Shown here one piece after another: positions 49,701 to 61,003 of a DNA stretch of 64,000 nt. Positions within the stretch are counted from its first letter, which is position 1. Each line of letters starts with the position of its first letter. Source of the DNA: Geosiphon pyriformis uo1 (lineage: Eukaryota > Fungi > Glomeromycota). Below the pieces are notes generated by a model, which was given only the letters and a program-made list of their open reading frames with translations, did no database searches and had not been told where the DNA came from. The DNA lies in NCBI GenBank assembly GCA_016748015.1, contig JAAOMT010000586.1, positions 310,001 to 374,000 of the forward strand, given 5' to 3'. Both the position numbers and the translations under genes were made by a program.

Positions 49701-50529
49701 AAAGTAGTGCATAAAAATCAACTAAAAATTTATTATACCAACCAAAAATTATTGTTATTTATATCTTAACTAAAAACACAAATTTTATTAATTAGACCAA
49801 AAAATATATTACAAAATCTGAAATTAATTATCATTATTAAAATAGAGTTTACTAGTAATAAATTAAATTATAAATTTAAGTATATATAAAGACTGAAACA
49901 GCAAAAAAAAAGATAATAAAATTCTTAATATGAATCTTTCAAATCAAATTTTAAAACTTTCAAAACAATTATTTAAAGCAATTTAATAATTCACAACACT
50001 AATAGAAATTACAATTGATAAAAAAGAAATATGATATAGAAATTTGCACAAAAAAAAATGAATGAAAGTTCAATTATAACTAAGTATTTTCATTTCTATA
50101 AACAATTAAAAAAAAAGATATGTGGTTTCTAATATTAGAAAAAGTCCAATGAAGTTTTTTTTAGGAAACCAAATTACCCAACATGAGAAAATAAACACCA
50201 AAAAACACCAGAAAGTGGAAAAAAAAACTTCCACTAGTCTATTAATTCTTTAAAATTGATAAACAACTAGGAATAAAAACACTATATGAAGACTTTAACA
50301 GACAAATCTTTAACAGAAAAGCTTTCAAACAAGTAGAAAAATTTGTAGAAAGAAGTAATTTAACACTATACTACAAAACAATCTACCAATTATATATAGT
50401 TTTTAAACATTGTTCAGCTATATTGCTAGATAATACACTAAAATTATTATAGTCAACAACATAGGATAAATAACAAATACACAGTTTAAAAACCTACAAA
50501 AAACAATACTTAATACAACAATTAAACAC
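43760..50529 (+). mobile_element. Ty3/Gypsy element D (heavily mutated, no LTRs of its own in view)
   Basis: gag relic, PR at about 44990-45300, Cys-rich region 45590-46200, dUTPase 46400-46790, RT (FCIDYQKLN, YLDN at 47670), RNase H (VTDA), IN (EIDLVG, VDYFTK), 3' ORF relic 49931-50529. Very dense stop codons. Confidence 0.88.
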
Positions 50530-53500
50530 TATTACTTATAAAAATTAGAAGTATTATATAATTAAAAAAATAGCCAATCAAAAATAGACATAGTAACAGA
50601 GAGATTTTAGGATTTCTCTGAAGAAATTGCAGAATTTCTGAATTCTTTATAAAGAATTGCAGGATTCCAGAATTCCAAAATTCCAGAATTCCAGAATTTC
50701 TCTAAAAAAATTGCAAAATGCCAGAAATTTTGTATAACACCAACTATATATATATAAAAATAATATTAGAAACAAAAAAAGTATTCAGTTCAGTTTCAAT
50801 TTAGTATTTTTTTTCTTATTTATTAATTAATCTTTACTTTATAGATAGTTACTATCAACCAAAGTAAATTTATTAACAAATATCAAATAAAACATACTTA
50901 TTATCATCTAATTCATGTTATTATTGTTTGATTAAAAATCTTTGTTATTTTTTTATTATCAACACTCCATGTTGATAACATTTAATATTTAATTATACTG
51001 AAACAATAGCTCTTGATTATGGCTATTAATAGGATACTAATTTTTTATTTTCTTATTTTTTATTTATTTTTTTTTCTTGTTTGTTTCTTTGTTGTTTACT
51101 AATTAATTAAAGAATTAATGTGTAGGGTACTGATATCAGAAATAGCACTAGTAAAAAACCCAGAAATAAGAGTAGATATTTGGAAGTGAAGATAGCTTAT
51201 TAGAAGATACTGGCCACCAAACTGAGAAAGAAATTGACAGAAAAAACTTTTGAGAGACTATAAACACTAAAGCATACTAATTTAAGGATTAAAAAAGAAA
51301 CTAGAAACATTACAAAAGAATATTACCATTGAATTTCTGTTCATTATACAAAAGACTCAACCAAAATCTTTAGATTTTAAGAATTTTTAGAGATTATCAA
51401 CACCATTCAGCTATTAAACATTAAGTTACAGATTTGTTATTTGTTTCTACACTCCAAATAATCACTTGTAACATTTAGTGCTTCTTATGAGATATAATCT
51501 AGCAGAGAACCAGCATTAATAACAGTTATTTGGAAAAGTGACAGACCAAGAAAGTATAAAAGAAAATCATTTAGGATTTGTGAAATCTTTATTTTAGCAC
51601 TATAAAAATTATTTAAGATTGACAAGTAACAATGGACCAGCAGAATTAGTTTTCAATTTTTATGTCAACAAAAAAATCAAATCCTACTTGGAAGCCAAAA
51701 GAGATTTAAAAGCTGTTCTCAACAATTTCAATAATAAATTATTCCAAAGCATCACACTTTTCCCAAATTATTTGTTTGTATCAACAATTACAAAAATAAA
51801 TAAAAAAATTAGAAATTACACTCAACAGAGATTTTTTATTATCTTTGCAAATAAAAAAAAACTACAAACACCAGCAAAAACACCAAAAAAAATACAACCA
51901 CCTACTTAAAAAAAACCAAGAGTCATTTCATCTATTTACTTATTATATTATTATACTCCAGGAAGTATCATCAACATAATATCAGCAGATATATTCACAT
52001 TAACTATAAAACTACTATTAGCTAAAATCCTATTTTAGAGTAAATAGAAAAAAGCTAAACTATTGGAAATCTATGACAAGTATTTTGAGAGATTTAATTT
52101 GCAATTAACAACACTATTAGAACATTAATTATCACTATCACAACCAGATTTTAGAACTACCAGTCTTTGAAAAATAATTGACTTGGAAGAAAAGGAAAAT
52201 AAAAATCAGAAATTTAATTATTAAAATCTGATCTTAGAAAACCTGAAAATTCAAACTCTAATTATTTAGACCCAGCAAAACCCAAATAATCCAAATTTAG
52301 TGCTTATTGTTCTCCAAAACTTACCTTCAGTAATTATAATCAATCTACTACCAGTTGTTTTAATTGCTGCACAACAACCATTTCAATCACAACTACAACA
52401 ACAATTGATCATAGCATCAATAGCATATATTCCTATTACCAAGTTAAAAAAGTTTACTGGTAAAAAAAACAATGCCTAAGTCTGGCTTAATAACATCACC
52501 AAAGCAATTACTGCTAACAATTGGAATAATGCCAGAGTTCTACAAGCTATTTCATACTTCTTGCAAGATACTGCTAATTTATGATATCAGAGTTTGATTA
52601 ATAAACTCATCATTTTTAATACATTTAAAACCGAATTTTTGAAATATTTTAGCAATAATAACAGCATTAATTGCTTGACAATGACATTTACTACTATTAA
52701 ACAAGATAATACAAAAGCAATCACTACTTATCTAAGATGTTTTTACAAAAATCTGTGCCAAATTCAAGTTATTAACACTAATTATTTTACAGTATTACAA
52801 ATTCTAAATCAGTTTATCTGTGGTCTATACAATAGTCTTTTATAATATGTATGTCTATTATATCTACAAACACACCAAAATGCAGTTATTCATGTCAAAA
52901 ATTTTAAATCAGCCAAGCTGGAAGCCAATTACACTCAAGCTGTTAATCTAATAATAAATAGATTATCTGACTTGAACTCCAAGTTAAAACAATTTAGTAA
53001 TTTTATTAACCAGAAATTAGAAAAATACTTAGCTAACAATCAAGCAATATATCAACCTCCATAATGTCATGACAATTCAGAAATTTATAATTGGTTCTAA
53101 AATTAGTCATATCTCTCTTTATTATCAATTCATTTATTATAACTATAAAAAATACATATTTGCCACAATTGTGATAAACAAAGCCATCTAAGGATTGATT
53201 ATCATACCAAAATTAATAATCAATAATTAAAAAATTACTATTGAAATCTTAATCACTGATTTTAAACTCTAAATTATCAATCAAATCAAGACTCATATTA
53301 AACTCATTATATCCCAATAATACAACAAACAATATATTTACTGCCAATTTATCAATCTTCAATATTGGTAATATACCAACCACAGTTATAAATTATTTAT
53401 TAACTACAACAACTTCAAACACTGCCACAAAACTTAGCTCAGATAATATCTAGTAACCAAAAACCAAGAATTACTCAATAAAACTGAAAATTAGCAATAG

Positions 53501-55864
53501 TAATACACCAATCAATCTTCAGTTTATTAAACCAGCCATTAAAATCATATTAGTAGAGTTCGGGAACTGGGTATACCTAAAACCCAAATTCTCAGAACTA
53601 TTTAAGCCTTTTAATTACTTTAGAAAACACCCTATTTAACAATATGGAACCTAATTACAGCTCACTCACTAACAACATAATACCTGCTACTATCACAAAA
53701 AATGAACTACTTACAGCCATTTTCTCTTTTGAATTTAAAAAATTAACATTAACCCCTCTGTTTAGTGAAGTCACTTTTGATGCTAAACTTATCACTACAA
53801 TGTATACTAATATCAAAGTTGATAATTAATCCATCAAACTGATTCTTAATAGTAAATTAGCAAACAGTATTATTACATAACAACTTATGAACCAATTAGG
53901 TTACCAAGTTGATCATGCTGTTAGTACTAGAATTATTATAGTCAATGGAGTGACCAAAACTCCAATTGGTAAAATTGATGATTTTTCATTCAAAGTTAAT
54001 GGCATTATCACATCCATCAAAGTTTTTATTATGGAAGCTACACAATACCAAACTTTTATTGATAATAATTGGCTGTTCAAAACAAATACAGTATTCAATT
54101 GAACCATACAAAAGCTACAACTCAACCAAAATAGTCAGTATACTCAAGTATCTGCCACATGTAACCACTTTAAACCAAATTACAACCCAGCATCATTAAT
54201 CAAATTTGAGAAAAAAGAAAACAAACCTACTTAAAAAGCTTACCAAGTCTTGTAGACTGAAAAAAAACACAACATACTACTATCAGTACCTATCTGGGAG
54301 GAAAAAAAAAAAAAAAAAAGAAGAATCCACTTAGACTATAACCTCTATTCACATTTCATATACCATTACACCTCAGATCAACTATTATCAACCCAAGTTA
54401 ATATGCATTGATTGTAGTAAAAAATTGTTGACAATAGATATATGTTGTAGTGACAATAAAAAGTGGCCAATAGTAACAAAATATTACTGTTACTCATGCA
54501 TTTTAAAAAAGTTTGGATGGCCAAAAAAACAAGAAAAATAGGACAACAAATTATGTCTTGCTTGTGAAGAAATTCTTTTAGACAAAAAAATGTGAAATAA
54601 TATTTCCAGTCATAAAAAAATATGCAAAAAATCATATTAGTACATAATTTTAATTAGCAATTGGGTAAAAAAAAATGCCAATAGATATTGTCTAAAGAAG
54701 AGCTGTAAAACATTTAAACAGTTGTCTACATAATGACAATGAAATCTGGAGAATAACAATTGCCAAAATTGAAGGCACATTTTAAAAAGAAATAAAAACA
54801 ATTCCTCAAAACCTGAAAAAACCATTTAGATTCCAAATTCCAATATTATTCTTAATATTATAAATTCAGAACAATTCTATGAGCACTACCAAAAATTGGC
54901 ACCCACTAAAGAAAAGCAAAAACAACAGTTAGAAGAGCTAAACATCTGACTATGTAATTATTGTTTAATACTATGTAACTTTAAGTATTGTAATGAGTAT
55001 AACCTTATTTACAATTCATTACTACAAATAATCTATTTAATCTCTGAAAAGGAAAAACCAATCAGTAAATATATAGCAGAATTAGAATCAAAATTCAATC
55101 CTGATTTAAACTCTGATAATAATGACAACAACAGTTCTAACTCCATTTACTATGACAACAACAATAATAATTCAAATTCTGATTTAAAACCCAAGCAATA
55201 TATTGTATTTCTAGACCTATCTATAAAGCAAGAACTAAAATGGTTTAATGATAATAATAAAAGTATTATGCCAGAATGCATGCATAATACTAATACAGGA
55301 TTTGATTTAAGATATTCAAAAAAATATGCCATAATATTAGAGCCCAATACATGTATTTATATCAATTTAAAAATAGCATTAGAAATCTCAGCAACAATAA
55401 TGGTTTAATTAGCATCCAGATTTAATTTAACAAAAAAAAGAATCAGCATCAAAAAAAAAATAATTGATGCAGGATATGTAAGAAATATTATTACAATGCT
55501 ACAAAATAAATCAAAAAAAACCATATATAATTGAATCAAATAAAAAGATAGCATAGACAATATACCTACTTTTAGTAAAAATAGTCTAGTTAGTTTCAGT
55601 AAAAAAAAGAGAAAAGTTAGAGATTACAGCAAAAGAAATTAATAGATTCAAATTTACAGATAGAATAGATATACCAGTTAATATGACAGAGAAAAAAATA
55701 ATTAATAAATGAGAAATTATTTCCACCTATCAATTAGTTTCCATTTTACTATATAACCAAAATATGTTAATAATAGAAAGAAAAGTAAAAAACCAGTCCC
55801 AAATTTTTGAAGCAAAACCAATTATTTGTGAATTAGAAAAAATTGGAATCACCAATTTTTATAT
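50530..55864 (+). mobile_element. Ty3/Gypsy element F: 5' LTR (50530-51473), PBS relic, gag, PR, Cys-rich region, dUTPase; interrupted by element E
   Basis: Family-A LTR ending TGTAACA at 51473, followed by TTTAGTGCTTCTTATGAG (degenerate TGGTGC... primer-binding site). gag (FLKYFSNNNSIN; CHNC knuckle at 53161), PR at about 53800-54090, dUTPase at about 55268-55660. Confidence 0.88.
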
Positions 55865-56694
55865 TATTACAGGTGATTATTTGGGGTCTTAAAGCAAATA
55901 ACAAACCCATAACTTGATACTTGATTGATATTTTGCCATTGGTATCTAAAGGTTTTGTTGTGAAGTTCTTTGTATAATGGACAGAAATTCAATAGTTGTT
56001 TCAGTAGCCTTCCGGAATCGCAATTCTATTGAATTTTTTTCTCAGCATAGTGGTTAGTAATCCTCCTGGTAAGCTATCCTCAAATCTATAAGTGTTCTAC
56101 TCTTGTTTTACAGGTCTTTTACCAAGTCTCTATAATGTTTGTAATTTAGTGCTTAATTTTTAATTGATTAGTAAACTCAAGAAATAACAAAAAAAAAACA
56201 AAAAAACAAAAGAAGATAAAAAAATAAGTGAAAGCAATTGCAAGTTAGTATTTCGTCAATAGCCATGATCAAAAGCTATTGTTCCAGTATGGTTAAGTAT
56301 CAATTACTATCAACATAAAGTGTTGATAGTGGGGAGTGGATTGGAGATATTAAATAATTATTTATTAATATTGGTGATGTAGAAGATTGCTTAGATCAAA
56401 TCTAAACTGGAAGATTTGTTTTTTTTACTTCTAACTTTACCACTATATATACATAATTGAGATTTCTCAATTCCTCAATTCTTTACACCAAAAATTCTGG
56501 AATTTTTGGAATTCTGCAATTCCTTTAAGAGGAATTCTGGAATTTTCGAATTCTGCAATTCTTTGTACAAGAATTCTGAAATTTTTGGAATCCTGCAATC
56601 CTCAAAAAGGAATTCTGGAATTCCACATTTACTATGGTTACTTCTAATTGGCTAATTTATATGCTAATATACTTCCTATATTCTATGAGTAACA
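55865..56694 (-). repeat. 3' LTR of element E (family A)
   Basis: Minus strand starts TGTTACTCATAGAATATAGG, identical to the start of the solo LTR at 24165, and ends ...CACCTGTAA(T)A. Confidence 0.9.
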
Positions 56695-59600
56695 TTATTT
56701 TTTCCTTTTTATTATTGAGCCCCATCAAGATCTCTTAATTCTAATTCTCTCTCTTTAAGTATTTCTTGAATTTTTTTTTCCAGAATTACTTATGCTATCT
56801 TGTTCTGTAATTCTTTAAATTGGGCATTGGTTATTTTTTCCATTTGGTTAATGGTAATAGAGTTTATTTCTGAATTGAGTAAGATTTTTGGTTGATCTTG
56901 AAATCCAGTGTGTAGCCAATAAATGGCTCTTGCTTGTGTGGTCAAATTGTTTTTTTCCACAAATTGTTCTAGTTGTTGTAGTATTGTTGTGTCAAATAAT
57001 TATTTCATTTTATTTATGTACAAGCCCTGAATGTTCAAGTGTTGTCCCAAATAAAAGTAACAAAAGTTTCTTGGAAATTGTTGTATCTACCAATTTCAAG
57101 TTTTTATAGTCAACTTTTGATATTGGGTGACTTTTTGTTGTGTTTCTATTGCTAATTTCACTTTTGTGATTATTTTGTCAACAGTGTTTTCTGTTTTTCT
57201 TTGTATTTTCTCTCATGGTTTTTTTTTGGTGTTTGTGTATTTGATAGTCTGTTGGTTAATTGTAATTTCCATTTCCTGTTGTTGAATTAGTTGAAAAAAT
57301 TGTTGTGCTAGTAAGTGAATGCTGTCAGTAATCTCTATTTTCTGCTGTCTTTTTGTCACATATAATATGTTTTTATATACATGTTTGGTTAAATGATTAT
57401 AATTGGTTCTAGATCTTGTGGAATTTTATCTGGTTTAATTAGTATTCTTTGTACTTTTAATTGTGAAATATTACTGGTAGATGATGATGCTATATGGTAA
57501 TATTGTTTCAGTTAATTACTATATGCTGTTTTGGTTAAGATTTTGTTGTTCAACCTTAATTTATAAGCTCCATTTCTAAGAATTTCTTCTATGTGAAATG
57601 GTCTGTCCCATTTGGGGTCAAATTTTCCATTCCATTGTTTTTCCACTTTTGTATGATGTAAAAGTACTTTGTCTTCAATCTTGAATTCAACTGGTTTCTC
57701 TGGTAGCTAGTTATCATGTCTTTTTTTTTGTTTTTCTTGTGACTTTTGGATGTTATTAGCTGCTCTTTACCATTTGTTTTTTAATGTTTTTATTAAGTCA
57801 TATGTTCTTCTTAACAATATTTTTTGAAAATTCTCTTCTGTTATTGGTTCTATTAGATATGTACTGACTTCTATTTCCACTAGTAATATTGCTGTTCTAC
57901 CATATACTAATTCAAATAATGTTGTTTGTGTAGTATCTTGTTTCATTGTTTAATAAGCAAATAATACTGATAGTATAATTAAATTCCATTTATCCTGGTT
58001 TTCTTGGCCAATTTTGGCAATAGCTTCACACAATGTTCTGTTAAACCTTTTAACTAACTTATTTGTTTGTGAATGGTATGATAATAATAATGGTTTTTTT
58101 ATCCCAAATCTTTGACTTAATTCTGCCAATGTTCTATTTACAAAGTGAATTCCTTGATCTGATAGTAATTCTTTTGAACATTCATGTTAGCAGATTAAAT
58201 TTTGATGAATGAATTTGGCAATGGATTCTGCATTTGTTCTTTAAATAGCTTTCACTTCTGGCCATTTTGTAAGATACTCCATGGCTACTGTGATATATTT
58301 GTTGCCTTTACTGGTTATTGTTAATGGTCTGACTAAGTCAATTTCAATTTGATTAAATGGTTGTCCTACTTTGATTGGTCTTAATGGTTCACTGGGTTTT
58401 GTTCCACCTCTTCTTTGACAAGCATTACAATTTTGAACATATTAGATGATGTCTAGATACATTAATGGTCAATAGTATTTTTTTCTGGTTCTTTCTATTG
58501 TTGCTTCTCTATGAAAATGTCTTGCTGTTGGATTTGAGTGCATATTGAACAATATTGTCTTTTTTTTTGGTTCAGTGATTACTCTGGTTGATTGATCTGA
58601 ATTCTTTCTGTTTTTTGGTAAAGTATATTTTGGTAATTGATAAAATATTTTGATTGTTGTTTTATGTTGTTTTGTTTCTTTTGAGATAATTTTTCCTTGA
58701 ACAATTGAGTATTTATATAATGTTGGAGTTGTTGGTATTTTTGTATATTCATTTTTTGTTATATTTTTGGGTTGAAATGTTTTTAGATTTGTCTCATTTA
58801 CGACAGACCATCAGCATTTCTGTTTTCTTTTTTTTGTAATGTACTGTATAATTGAATAGTGAAAGTTCTATTTTTTATCTAGCATAGTGATTATCTCCAA
58901 ATTTTTGTTTCTGGATTGAAGTCAGTCTTTTATGATTAGTATATACATCAAACTTTTGACTCAAGTATTCTTTCCATTTTATGACTGCCTAATAGATTGC
59001 TAAATATTCTAATGCTGGTGTTCTATAGTTTTTTTTTGCTGGATTCAAGCTACAGCTAGCATATGCTACTGGATGTTCTCTTCCATCTGGTCTTTTTTGT
59101 GATAATAATACTCTTAATGCTTGATCTGATGCATCCGTGGTAATAATGAATGGTTTGTTGTGATCTGGATACATTAACACTAGAGCTTGAATAAGCTTTT
59201 TTCTCAATATATTGAAAGCTTCTTGTTGAGTTTCTGTTCATTCATATTTTATATTCTTGGTTTGCAGCTGGTAAAGTAACTGAACCAGTTTAAAAAAGTT
59301 CTTGATAAAGCAGCAATAATAGCCTATGAATCCCAAAAATGCTCTCAGTTCTGTCAAGTTGGTTGGTACTAGAAAGTTCTTTATTATTGCAATTTTATCT
59401 GAATCTGTTTTAATGCCATCTTTGCTTATGACATGTTCCAAAAATTTCAATTCTGTTTTGTCAAAAAAACACTTGGTTGTATTTAATTTCAATTCTGCTT
59501 TTCTCAATCTTTTAAACACTTGTTGAAAATAATATAGATGGTTATCAAATGTCTTAGAGAACACATTGGTGTTGTCTAAGTAAACAACTACTAATTTCTA

Positions 59601-60619
59601 CAGTAGTCCAGTATAGACAATTTTCATGAACTGTTGGAATGTTGTTGAAGTATTTATTAAGCCAAATGGCATAATCTTGAATTCGAAATTCTTTTCTCGT
59701 GGTGTAAAAGCCATTTTTTTTTATCCTCTGGTTTCATGGCTACCTGCCAGTAACTACTGTCTAAGTCTAGCATCAAAAACCATTTCTTTTCTCCAATAGC
59801 ATTGAACAGCTCTTGAATCTTTGGCATTAAGTAACTATCTCCTTTGGTTACTTTATTCAGTTTCTGGTAATCCACACAAAGATGGATTTTCTCATTTTTT
59901 TTATAGACTAGTATCACTGGTGATGACCATGGGCTCATTGATGATTAAATTAACCCATTGTCAAGCATCCAGTTGATTTCTTGACAAATGATCTCATGGC
60001 TGGCTGGTGGTACTTTATATGCTCTTTGTTTAATTGGCATTGCATTTCCAATCTTGATCTGGTGCTGGATTATGTCAATTCTGCCAAATTCATTTTCACT
60101 GGCAAAAATGTTTGTTGAAATTGCTGAGTAATATCTTAAGCTGCATACATTTTAGTAAGTCTAGATTTCCCAAGTTCATCTATTCCAATTGTTTTGGTTA
60201 GAGCAAATAGCATTTTTTTCATCCATATATTGTTTGTAATGTAATATCCACATATCTGCACAGTTGTAAAAAGTCTGAAATGGGGTTTGGCAGTTGGTTT
60301 TCAATTTCAGTGGTTAAGTATTCAATGGTGGTTCTTTCTGGTATTTTGATGATGTTTCTTATGTTGTTGTAAATAAAAATTTTGATGTGACTATGGTTCT
60401 TGGCTGGTATGTATAGATTGACTAATCCAATTTCTCTTGATTTACAAAGTGTTGCTTCTGTCTCAAAAATCTGAACTTGATCCTTTACTTTTTCTCTATG
60501 ACTACTATGTACTGGTTATATGGTGGAATAGAAATTGATTGACAGGTGAAGATAATTTCTTCCTTGTTAATAATCTCTTCTTCTGCCATATTGACTGGTA
60601 TATTTATTCTACTTGTTGA

Positions 60620-61003
60620 TCTGAATCCTTGTATTCTTCTTGCTGTTATCCCTAATTTTTTTCTGTTTTCCACTGATACTAATTGAGTTATTTTAACCAG
60701 AGACAAGAATATTGTTTGTGCTATCTTTTTGTTTGGATCTATAATATATGCCCTTTCTGAGTCATTTTGTAGCATAGCAATGATATTTCTTACATATTCT
60801 GTGTTAATTCTTTCTTCTCTGATGTTGATTTCCTTTTTGGCTAAGCTACTCCTAGATACTAACTGCACTATTGTTGTTGCTGGAATTTTCAGTGTTATTT
60901 TGAGATCAATACAGGTGTGCAAATGGGGTTCCAATTTAATGAGATTTTTTCCCAGATATTTCAAATCAAATCCTGTATTAGTATCATGTACACATTCTGG
61001 CAT
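60620..61003 (-). pseudogene. Retrotransposon-encoded trimeric dUTPase domain (best-preserved copy)
   Basis: All five dUTPase motifs are recognisable: TGFDL, SRSSLA, INTEYVRNI (from IDAGYVGNI), KIAQ, RRIQGFRST (from RGxxGFGST). Confidence 0.9.

Noticed and set aside
36250-50500. Stop-codon reassignment or programmed read-through explaining the many in-frame stops
   Set aside because: Stops are of all three types at former Trp/Gln/Arg codons, come with indels and missense transitions, and host genes use the standard code; mutation explains them.
56235-56330. Hammerhead ribozyme in the family-A LTR (stem followed by GACGAAA on the minus strand)
   Set aside because: The upstream core is CTGGAA rather than CUGANGA, and GAAA is not conserved in the other two LTR copies.
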